A stretch of 32,000 bases of DNA, taken from positions 3,012 through 35,011 of the forward strand of contig CAZNZM010000002.1 in the NCBI GenBank assembly GCA_964577555.1, given 5' to 3'. The notes under the pieces are model-generated. The model searched no databases. It saw only the letters and a program-made list of their open reading frames with translations, and was not told where the DNA came from. Source of the stretch: an uncultured archaeon (GTDB taxonomy: Archaea; Iainarchaeota; Iainarchaeia; Iainarchaeales; Iainarchaeaceae). This document shows, one piece after another, positions 15,432 to 23,135 of the stretch (the first letter of the stretch is position 1; each line of letters starts with the position of its first letter). The position numbers and the translations under genes are program-made.

Positions 15432-16646
15432 TTATATTTTGTACCTTAAAATGGCTCCCAATCCGCCGAATCCTTTGAAAAATTGGTCTCCTTCTGGTGT
15501 TTCTGTTGAGATTGCCGCTACTTTTGTGTTTGTGTTTGCCGCCAATTCTTCTATATAGTCAATGTATTCCATTTCTTCTATTATTTCAATTTGTTCTGTT
15601 TCTTTGAATTTTTTTTCTTTGTCTACAATGTATTTTATTCCGTTTGTTTGGTTTTCTTTGATTTTGTATACTTCCCATTCTATTCCTTCGCTTACCAATA
15701 CTAGGCTTGCTTGTCCCAATTCAAGAGCTTTGAGTACTTCTTTTTCGCCGTATGTTGCTAATTCGTCTTTTGCAAGTTTTTCAAAAAAATCTGCTATTAG
15801 TTTTCTTTCTTTCATGAGGTCTGTGTCTTTTAGTACAGTTTCGCTTTTTTGTACTAGTTCTCTTATTCCTCCTTCGTCAGTGTATGATGCGTCAAGCATT
15901 GCAATTATTTTGTTTTTGAGCCTGTGGTCTAGCAAGTCTTTTTCCACAAAAAAGTTTTTTGACATTCCGGGGCCGCCTATTATTAATCCTTTGAATTTTT
16001 CTCCGTATGGCAGGAATGCAGCATTTGCTTTTTCGCTTATTCTTTTATAGAATTCTTGTTCTGCTTCTTCTCTGAGTCTTTCAAATCTTTGAGAGCTTTG
16101 TCCTCCGGCCCTTGATTTTCCGCTGTATCCTGAAGTGAATTTTCCTATTATTTCATATCTTTTGCCTATTAATGTCGCTATTGTTGCTTCGCTTTTGTCA
16201 ATTGTTATTAATCCGTAAATGTTTTGTGGTTTTGACATTTCTTTTAATGGTTCAAGGTAGAATTTTGAGTCGCACCAGTATAATTTTGTTCTGAGGTCTT
16301 TTATTGGTTTTATTGTGAAAAGCCGGATGTCTGTTTTGCCTTCTGTTTCGGAAATGTTGCCGGCAAAAATCGCTATTCCGTTTTCAGGTATTTTGAAGTC
16401 TATTTGTTTGAGAAAATTTATTATTTTTCTTAATGCGGCTTGGACGTTTTTTCTTGTTGTCGGGCTTTTAATGTTTGAGCTTTGGCTTATTTCTTCTGTG
16501 AGTTGTCCCATTACTCCGCTTCTGTCTGCTTTGTTTGGAATATATACGCTTATAAGTTCTGTTCCTCTTCCTTGGTATTCTGCCATTTTTTTTAGTTTTT
16601 TTTTGAATACTATTTCTTCGCTTTGTGTTGTTTCATATTCTGGCAT
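15432..16646 (-). CDS. prf1: Peptide chain release factor aRF1
   Basis: 404 aa. NIKS motif (SSNIKSPTTRKN) and GGQ motif (SRAGGQSSQRFERLRE). Confidence 0.9.
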   Translation of the reverse strand: MPEYETTQSEEIVFKKKLKKMAEYQGRGTELISVYIPNKADRSGVMGQLTEEISQSSNIKSPTTRKNVQAALRKIINFLKQIDFKIPENGIAIFAGNISETEGKTDIRLFTIKPIKDLRTKLYWCDSKFYLEPLKEMSKPQNIYGLITIDKSEATIATLIGKRYEIIGKFTSGYSGKSRAGGQSSQRFERLREEAEQEFYKRISEKANAAFLPYGEKFKGLIIGGPGMSKNFFVEKDLLDHRLKNKIIAMLDASYTDEGGIRELVQKSETVLKDTDLMKERKLIADFFEKLAKDELATYGEKEVLKALELGQASLVLVSEGIEWEVYKIKENQTNGIKYIVDKEKKFKETEQIEIIEEMEYIDYIEELAANTNTKVAAISTETPEGDQFFKGFGGLGAILRYKI

Positions 16647-16769
16647 ATTGTTACCTTTTTATGAAAATCAGTGATTTTTCTAAGAATTATTGGTTTGCAT
16701 CATTTTAATTCATTTATTGCATAAAGCTTAAATACCCAGGACGCTGTTGTCGGCGTGTTTCATGTTTTC

Positions 16770-16905
16770 ATGTTTTTTTTGTTTTGGCCCGCTTTTTTTT
16801 GGGTTGTTGTTTGTTTTTTATATTTTTTTTGCAACTCATTTTTTTTTGAGTTTGTTTTTTGCAAGCCAAGTTTTTTTGAATTTATTTGTTTTTTCTTGGC
16901 TTTTA
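16770..16905 (+). repeat. T-tract/GYRAGCY intergenic array
   Basis: Cores GGCCCGC 16786, GCAACTCA 16831 and GCAAGCCAAGTTTTTTTGAATTTA 16861 (compare 4384 and 4684). It lies between divergent gene starts (aRF1 minus, pyrH plus). Confidence 0.75.
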
Positions 16906-16912
16906 GTAAAAG

Positions 16913-16920
16913 TTATATAT
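16913..16920 (+). promoter_or_regulatory. Candidate TATA box TTATATAT for pyrH
   Basis: It lies -33..-26 from the ATG at 16946, which is leaderless-type spacing. Confidence 0.35.
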
Positions 16921-16945
16921 TCTTTATTCTTAATTTTTAGGAATT

Positions 16946-17854
16946 ATGTTCGACATGTTTCAGGAGGGTGGCGAGACTTCTTCGCCTGATGCGGGTTATT
17001 TGCAGTCTTCAAATGTTTTTGTTGTTTCAATTGGTGGCAGTATTTTGTTTGAAGAGAATGAGCCAAGCCCTGAAAAGTTCAAGGCTATTGTTGATGTTGT
17101 AACCCAATTGCATCGTTCTGGAAAGAAAATTGTTTTGGTTGTTGGAGGTGGAAAGGTTGCAAGGCTTTATTCTGGTGTTGCAGGTTCTTTGAATTTGAAT
17201 AAGTTTGAACAGGACTTGGTTGGCATAAAAGTAACGAGGCTTAATGCTTCTCTTTTGGCTGCTGCAACGCCTGACGCTCATAAAAAAGTCCTTGAAGAAA
17301 TTGTTGATGCCAAGAATGTTTTGGACAATGGGAAAATTCCTGTTTTTGGAGGCTTGGTTCCTTTTTTTACCACTGATTCTGTTGCTGCTCTTCTTGCTGA
17401 ATTTCTTAATGGGGTTTTTGTGAATTTGACTGATGTTGATGGAATTTATGATTCCAATCCAAAGGAAAATCCTGATGCCGTCATGTTTTCTGAAATATCA
17501 TATTCTCGCCTTGTTTCTCTTGCAATTGCTGCAGGTTCTGCGCCGGGGCAGAATGTTGTTGTTGATATTGCGTGTGCAATGATTTTGAAAAGAAGCAAAA
17601 TTCCTGCTGTTTTTTTGAATGGAAACAATTTGGACAATTTTATGGCTTATATTAATGGCCAGTCGTTTGTTGGTACTGTTGTGAGAGATATTCCTGAAGA
17701 TGTTTCAAATTCCAATTTGTCGGATGTCGGTGGTTTTCCAGATTCCGTTGTAGTGGGAAAAAAGAAGCCTAGGAAAAGGCGTTCAAAAAAACCTGTTGTC
17801 GGAAAATCCAAAGACGATTATTCACACCCTGACCCTTATCAAATTGATTTTTGA
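16946..17854 (+). CDS. pyrH: UMP kinase (archaeal PyrH type) with a ~55-aa basic C-terminal extension
   Basis: 302 aa. Motifs: VVSIGGSILFEE, VLVVGGGKVARLY, TTDSVAALLAE. Tail: ...GKKKPRKRRSKKPVVGKSKDDYSHPDPYQIDF. Confidence 0.85.
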   Translation: MFDMFQEGGETSSPDAGYLQSSNVFVVSIGGSILFEENEPSPEKFKAIVDVVTQLHRSGKKIVLVVGGGKVARLYSGVAGSLNLNKFEQDLVGIKVTRLNASLLAAATPDAHKKVLEEIVDAKNVLDNGKIPVFGGLVPFFTTDSVAALLAEFLNGVFVNLTDVDGIYDSNPKENPDAVMFSEISYSRLVSLAIAAGSAPGQNVVVDIACAMILKRSKIPAVFLNGNNLDNFMAYINGQSFVGTVVRDIPEDVSNSNLSDVGGFPDSVVVGKKKPRKRRSKKPVVGKSKDDYSHPDPYQIDF

Positions 17855-17872
17855 TTTTTTGGAAAGTTTTTT

Positions 17873-18883
17873 TTAGTGCATGAATTCGTCTGGTTTCCAG
17901 TCTTCCCATTTTTTTATTCCTATTGCGATCAGGCATTCTGTGGGGTTTATTATTAGCATTTTCCAGTTTTCTGCGTCGTCTAAAACTATTCTGTTGCATG
18001 CCGTGTTTACTAGGCAGTCAAATCCTGTTCCAAGCATGTAATTTTCATTTACTAAATCCATTTCAAGCAGGTATGCTTTTTTTCCTGTTTTTTCAATTTG
18101 TTTTTTCAGTTCCAGTGCTTTTTCTTTTTGTCTTTGTCCTGATTTTATTGAAACGATTATTCCGAATGTTTTGGCTTGGGATGCCATGGCTATTGCGGCA
18201 AATCTTTTTCTCATTAATTTGTCTTTGTTTTTTTCGCTTATTTCTTCAATTGTTTTTGTAATTGGATTCACTACTATTACTGGTTTTTTTGTGTTGAACA
18301 CTAACCCCATTGGGTGGAAGTAGCCGTCTCCAAAGTAGACGTTTGCTTGTATGTTTGGTTGTGCTTCTTCCACAACGGTATAATTGCATCCTAATATTTG
18401 TCCTTCGGATGCTATTCTTTGGCTGCCTTTTCCAATGTATGTTTTTATTCCGTTTCTGAATAGTATTTCTCTTATTTTTGGGATGTGTGTGTTGTATTGT
18501 GCGTTTGCTACCAGTGTAATTGTTTCTATTTTTCTTTTTTTTAGTTCTTTTAGCAGTTTTTCTGTGCTTTCTTTTATTTCTTCTTCGCTCAGCTTGTATT
18601 CCAATGGCAGATAAAGTATTTTTTCGCTTTTATGAATTGGACTGTGTCCTATGTGTATTATTGCATCAGCATTAAGCACTTTCATGTCGTGCAATGGGAG
18701 GTCGCATGCTCCGTAGCATGGATCCATTTTTATGAAAATGTTTTCGCAGACTGTTGATAAGGTGTCTGCTATGAATTTGGTTTTTTGTTTCAAGCCTTCA
18801 GGTATTTGTATTATTGCTGTTTGTGCTTTTTTTTCCTTTAAAAATTTTTTTGCAGGTTCAAGGTCTATTATTAATTCTGCCAT
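17873..18883 (-). CDS. dph2: Diphthamide synthesis protein Dph2 (2-(3-amino-3-carboxypropyl)histidine synthase)
   Basis: 336 aa, the archaeal Dph2 size. Three spaced Cys contexts are present (MDPCYGACD, QILGCNYT, VNTACNRI), along with ADAIIHIGHS. Confidence 0.75.
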   Translation of the reverse strand: MAELIIDLEPAKKFLKEKKAQTAIIQIPEGLKQKTKFIADTLSTVCENIFIKMDPCYGACDLPLHDMKVLNADAIIHIGHSPIHKSEKILYLPLEYKLSEEEIKESTEKLLKELKKRKIETITLVANAQYNTHIPKIREILFRNGIKTYIGKGSQRIASEGQILGCNYTVVEEAQPNIQANVYFGDGYFHPMGLVFNTKKPVIVVNPITKTIEEISEKNKDKLMRKRFAAIAMASQAKTFGIIVSIKSGQRQKEKALELKKQIEKTGKKAYLLEMDLVNENYMLGTGFDCLVNTACNRIVLDDAENWKMLIINPTECLIAIGIKKWEDWKPDEFMH

Positions 18884-18959
18884 AGTATTGTTTGTGTGTT
18901 AGAAAGTTGTTAATACTTTATGTATTTGGCGATTTTTTTTGTTTGATGTGTTTATGTTT

Positions 18960-19045
18960 TATTAATAAATCAGTTGTTTTTTTGTTGTTTGTTTTTGTCG
19001 AGCCATTTTTTGAGTCAATTTGTTTTTTTTTTGAGTCATTTTTTT
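18960..19045 (+). repeat. T-tract/GYRAGCY intergenic array
   Basis: GTCGAGCCATTTTTTGAGTCAATTTG..TTGAGTCATTTTTTTG. The uL16 stop codon (TCA on the plus strand, 19036-19038) lies inside the last core. Confidence 0.7.
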
Positions 19046-19749
19046 GTTGTTTTTGTTTCAGTTTTCTTTTCTGTTGTTTTTGTTTCTTCTTTCTTTGTTT
19101 CGGTTTTGCTTGCTTCTGTGGTTGTGCTTGTTATTGTGCTTGCTGCTGCGGCTTTTGCTGTTTCTTCTTCTGCAATTATGTCTCTTGTTTTCTTTGGTTT
19201 TGTGCCTATGCTTTGAACGTCTTTGTGTATTATTACTTCTATTTTGCATGGAAATCTTGCTTTTGCATACATTAATGCTTTTTTTGCTTTTTCTTTGAAT
19301 TCGTCATTTACAAGTACTGAGAATATTTTTTGTTTGTCTCTTACTCTTACTGCCCTGCCTATTGTTTTGCCAAATGCGTGGCTCATTCCTTTTTGTATAC
19401 GGTCCGCGTGTGCTCCTTGTGCTTGCTTGTTTTCTCTTAATATGTGGTATGAGTATACTCTTAGTTTTAAGAAAAATTCTTCTTTTCCAACTAGTTTTAT
19501 TAGTTGTCTGTTTATCATTAGTCTTGCGCTTTCAATTGCGTTGTCTCTTATTTGGATTCCCATTGGCGGGACTCTTACTATGAGATCAAGTATTGTGTCG
19601 AATTCTTTTTGGCCGTTTCCCATGTTCCATTGTCTTGTTTTTAATCCTGGCACTGCTCCGATATAGTCTTTTTCTTGCACTTTTTCTGCGTGCCTTGTAT
19701 ATGCCCTGTCTCTTGTGTGTCTATAGCAGTATCCTGGCCTTAAACCCAT
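19036..19749 (-). CDS. rpl10e: Ribosomal protein uL16 (L10e) with a ~59-aa K/T/E/A-rich C-terminal tail
   Basis: ORF 19036..19764 trimmed to the ATG at 19749 (MGLRPGYCYR). Conserved blocks LRVYSYHILRENKQAQGAHADRIQKGM and FPCKIEV. Tail: TKPKKTRDIIAEEETAKAAAASTITSTTTEASKTETKKEETKTTEKKTETKTTKK. Confidence 0.9.
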   Translation of the reverse strand: MGLRPGYCYRHTRDRAYTRHAEKVQEKDYIGAVPGLKTRQWNMGNGQKEFDTILDLIVRVPPMGIQIRDNAIESARLMINRQLIKLVGKEEFFLKLRVYSYHILRENKQAQGAHADRIQKGMSHAFGKTIGRAVRVRDKQKIFSVLVNDEFKEKAKKALMYAKARFPCKIEVIIHKDVQSIGTKPKKTRDIIAEEETAKAAAASTITSTTTEASKTETKKEETKTTEKKTETKTTKK

Positions 19750-19879
19750 ATTATAATCACTCAAAATAAGTTTTTTTTATGCCTAAAAGTTACTTATTTT
19801 TCCTTAGAATGCTTTAAAAAGCTTCTCTCGGCGCTTTTGCTTGTTCTTTTTGCTTTCGCTTTTGCATCTTGTTCTTTGT

Positions 19880-20093
19880 CATTTTTTTTGTTTTGGCGAG
19901 CCGTCTTTGGCAATCATATTTTTAATTTAAATTTTTTTGTCTTTGTTGGTTTGGTTTTTGTGTGTTTTTTTTGTTGTTTTGTGAGATGTTTTTTGGTATT
20001 TTTTTTATTTTTCGTGTGTTTTTTTGTTTTTGTGTGGCAATTTTTTTTAGTTAATTTTGTTTGTATTTTGGCTTGGTTTTGCAAGTTGTTTTT
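19880..20093 (+). repeat. T-tract/GYRAGCY intergenic array
   Basis: Cores GGCGAGCCG 19895, GTGAGATG 19981 and GCAAGTTG 20081. It lies between two minus-strand genes. Confidence 0.75.
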
Positions 20094-20591
20094 TTATAAA
20101 TATTTTCTTCTTATCATTTCGAGGCTTTCCATTCTTGTTTCTAATTTTTTTCTTTGGTAGTAATCAAGTTTTTTTATATTTTTGAGGAATTGTTTTAATG
20201 CAATGGCTTGTTTGTATGCTTCTTCGTTTCCGTTAAGTGCTTTGTTTTCGGCTTCTTTTATCATTTCTGTTATTGTTTTTTCTAATTGGTCAAATTTCGT
20301 TATTTTATTTTCTAATATTATTTGAATCAGGCTTTCAACCAATTGTTTTTTTTCTTCCTCTTTCATTCCTGTTTTTGGCCAAAATATTTCCCCTATTAAT
20401 TTCATTTCATTTTCCAAACTTACTTCTAATTTTTTTTCTCTGGTGAATTTTATTCCGTAGTTATGGGTTCCGCTTGTGTTTATTGGCGGTCTTTTTTTGG
20501 GTTCTCTCTGTGCAACTATTATATTTAATAAGTTTTTTAATCCTGTGGCCAAGACTGTTTTATTGGTTCGTGATTGCATTCTTTTTTTCAT
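20094..20591 (-). CDS. Hypothetical protein (165 aa, K/E-rich, predicted helical)
   Basis: Intact ORF with ATG. A TATA-like TTATAAAATAAAAG lies ~20-33 nt upstream on the minus strand. No recognisable motif. Confidence 0.5.
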   Translation of the reverse strand: MKKRMQSRTNKTVLATGLKNLLNIIVAQREPKKRPPINTSGTHNYGIKFTREKKLEVSLENEMKLIGEIFWPKTGMKEEEKKQLVESLIQIILENKITKFDQLEKTITEMIKEAENKALNGNEEAYKQAIALKQFLKNIKKLDYYQRKKLETRMESLEMIRRKYL

Positions 20592-20685
20592 AGTATAAAA
20601 TGGTGTTCTTTTATTTTATAATTTTGGTGTCGTTTTTTTGTGTCGATAGTTTTATTTAGTTTAAAAACAGATATATTGTTTATTT

Positions 20686-21465
20686 ATGCCGAACAATGCT
20701 GAAGAAATTTCTTTTGAAGATAATGAATTAGTTAAAAGAGTTTTTGAAGATAGGCAAAGGGATATAATTTTAAAAGTCAAGGTTTATCTTTCCGCGAAAA
20801 TGGGAAAACAGGAGATTTTGAAGCGTCTTGAGGAAAATAATTTGTCTCCGCAGGAAAAAAAAATGGTTTGTGATATGATTGAAGAGTATTATTTTGTCGA
20901 GCAGGAAAAGTTAAACAAGTTTTTGATTAAGGGTTTTTTGGCTTTGTTGTTTGTTTTTTTTGTTTTAGGTGTTTTTTATTACGTATTTTTTTTGTATAAT
21001 TCCACTTATTTTTCTTCCAAGTGTTCTAATGTTGGTGAATTTTCAATTGATGGGGATATTATGCAAAGATCTTATGTGGTTAATGCTCTTAAAATAATTG
21101 AGTATGATTGTGATTATTTGAAATTTGTTAATTCTTTTGTTCCTAATCTTATCGTGAGGAATATTTCTTTGTTTGAAGGTGGTTTTTATGAAAAGGATTC
21201 TCGCACTGCTGTTTTGGATATTAAAAAATTTTCTTATTATGGTTTGGCCGGAGTAATTGTTCATGAAGCATGTCATGGTTATCAAGATGCTTTTGGTTTG
21301 GATTTTTCAGAGTCTGAATGCGTTTCTACACAATACAATTTTTTGGAGAGTATCAATGCTTCTGATTCAGAGTTGATTTATGTAAGAAATATTGCTTCTT
21401 TTAATCCAAAGTATTCTTTTGGGAAGAAAGATGTTTTTGCTGAATGGAAATCCAAGCAAAAATAG
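20686..21465 (+). CDS. Hypothetical membrane protein with an HExxH motif (possible Zn-metallopeptidase-like ectodomain)
   Basis: 259 aa. Soluble N-terminal ~85 aa, then one TM helix (FLALLFVFFVLGVFYYVFFLY), then a C-terminal domain containing VIVHEACHGYQD. Confidence 0.45.
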   Translation: MPNNAEEISFEDNELVKRVFEDRQRDIILKVKVYLSAKMGKQEILKRLEENNLSPQEKKMVCDMIEEYYFVEQEKLNKFLIKGFLALLFVFFVLGVFYYVFFLYNSTYFSSKCSNVGEFSIDGDIMQRSYVVNALKIIEYDCDYLKFVNSFVPNLIVRNISLFEGGFYEKDSRTAVLDIKKFSYYGLAGVIVHEACHGYQDAFGLDFSESECVSTQYNFLESINASDSELIYVRNIASFNPKYSFGKKDVFAEWKSKQK

Positions 21466-21474
21466 TTTTTGACT

Positions 21475-22107
21475 TTATTTGATTATTTTTTGGAGTTCTG
21501 CTGCGCTTTTTATTGAATTTTTTCCTAGTTGTTTTTTTGTTCCGAGTCCTGTCAATACTCCTATGAATTTCATTCCTGCTGCTTTTGCTCCTTGTTTGTC
21601 GTATACGGAGTCTCCTACTACTATGCATTCTTCTGGCCTGAGCCCGAGTTTTGCTGCTGCAATTAGGAAGCAGTCTGGTGCAGGTTTTCCTTTTGTGACG
21701 TCGTCTATTGTTATTACTGCGTCAAAGAGTTTTCTGAATTTTTTTTGGGTTGAATGGAAATATATTATGTTGCTTGATCCTGTTGCTATCGCCATTTTTA
21801 TTCCTTGTTTTTTGAGTTTTTTTATTGCATTTATTGTTCCTTTGAATTCCAATTTTTTTTCTCCTATTAATTTGAAGTAATAGTAGTGCCTTTCTTCTCT
21901 GAGATCAGCCAGTCTTAGCCCGGATTTTTTGACGCTGTCAAGTCGTTTTAGTATGTCAAGTGTGCTCATTCCCATTAGTTTTTCTATTTCTTTTGGCTTG
22001 ATTTTTATGTTGTAGTCTTTTAAGAGTAATTTGAAGGCTTTGTAGTGGTATGGTATGCTGTTTATTAGTGTTCCGTCCAAGTCAAAGATTATTCCTTTTG
22101 TTTGCAT
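21475..22107 (-). CDS. HAD-IA family hydrolase (beta-phosphoglucomutase/phosphatase-like)
   Basis: 210 aa. Motifs: IIFDLDGTLINS (motif I), ATGSS (motif II), GKPAPD, VGDSVYDKQGAKAAGM (motif IV). Confidence 0.8.
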   Translation of the reverse strand: MQTKGIIFDLDGTLINSIPYHYKAFKLLLKDYNIKIKPKEIEKLMGMSTLDILKRLDSVKKSGLRLADLREERHYYYFKLIGEKKLEFKGTINAIKKLKKQGIKMAIATGSSNIIYFHSTQKKFRKLFDAVITIDDVTKGKPAPDCFLIAAAKLGLRPEECIVVGDSVYDKQGAKAAGMKFIGVLTGLGTKKQLGKNSIKSAAELQKIIK

Positions 22108-22142
22108 TTAATCAAAATTATTGTAAATGTTTTATTTTAATG

Positions 22143-22210
22143 TGTTGTTTTTTTTGTGAGATATTTTTTTGGTATTTGATTTTTTTTAGCAAGCCAATTT
22201 TTTTGTCAGG
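22143..22210 (+). repeat. T-tract/GYRAGCY intergenic array
   Basis: TGTTGTTTTTTTTGTGAGATATTTTTTTGGTATTT (a copy of 19972-20003) followed by TTAGCAAGCCAATTTTTTTG. The last three FTR1 codons and its stop are read from the core. Confidence 0.75.
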
Positions 22211-23100
22211 TTTTTGTTTCGTTTTTTTTTTAGGTTTTGCAAGTAGTGTTTGTAGATTAAAATTATGCCGATTATTAGGACAATTGTTTGTGTTATTGTT
22301 GTTTCTGCTGTTTGGTATATTCCGAGTTCTTTTATTTTTGGAATTTGAATTATTGTTTCGTTTATTATTTTTGCTTCTTGTAGTTCGTGTATTCCTTTTC
22401 CAGCAAATTTGAATGATAGTATAAAGAGAATTATGCTTGTAATTGAGAAAATTGTTTTGGTTGGGAGTTTGTTTTCTATTTTGTTAATTAAAAAATACGC
22501 AATTGAAAGGAAAATTATTCCTAATATGAAACCTGCTATTATGTTTGGTTGGTTTGTGGTTATTGCAAGTGCTTTGTAGAATAATACTGTTTCAAATCCT
22601 TCTCGGTAAACTGCTAAAAAAGCTATTATGGTGAGTGTTTTTTCGCTGTTTTTGTTAATAGCGTTTTTTGTTTGTTTTTCTATGTGATTAACCCAAATTT
22701 TTTTGTCTATTTTTCCTAAAAACCAGTTTGTGGTGTATAACATTATTATTGCTGCAAGGATTGTTGTTATTCCTTCTATTATTTCTTTTTGGCTTTTGTT
22801 GCTTTCTAGTGTTTCATTAAGGGCTATTCCTGTGATAATGCTTGTGATTATTCCTAGTGCGACTCCGTAGTATATGTATTTTTTCTTTTTTTCATTTCCC
22901 GTTTTTGAAAGGTAAGCTATGATAGTTGATATTATGATAATTGTTTCAAGTCCTTCTCTTGCAATTATTGAAAATGATTCGGCTAAAATCATTGTGCTGT
23001 TTTCTTGGTTGTTATTTTTTTGTGCGTAATTGCTTATTGTTATTTGCGAAATTAATATTATTGATATTGCAAGTGTTGCGAAAATTGTTGTTTTTTTCAT
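22186..23100 (-). CDS. FTR1/EfeU-family high-affinity iron permease
   Basis: 304 aa, multi-TM. Two REXXE motifs are present: REGLETIIIIS and REGFETVLFY. Confidence 0.8.
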   Translation of the reverse strand: MKKTTIFATLAISIILISQITISNYAQKNNNQENSTMILAESFSIIAREGLETIIIISTIIAYLSKTGNEKKKKYIYYGVALGIITSIITGIALNETLESNKSQKEIIEGITTILAAIIMLYTTNWFLGKIDKKIWVNHIEKQTKNAINKNSEKTLTIIAFLAVYREGFETVLFYKALAITTNQPNIIAGFILGIIFLSIAYFLINKIENKLPTKTIFSITSIILFILSFKFAGKGIHELQEAKIINETIIQIPKIKELGIYQTAETTITQTIVLIIGIILIYKHYLQNLKKKRNKNLTKKLAC

Positions 23101-23135
23101 GGATTTATTCTTTGGCGGGTGTTTTTAATTTAAAT

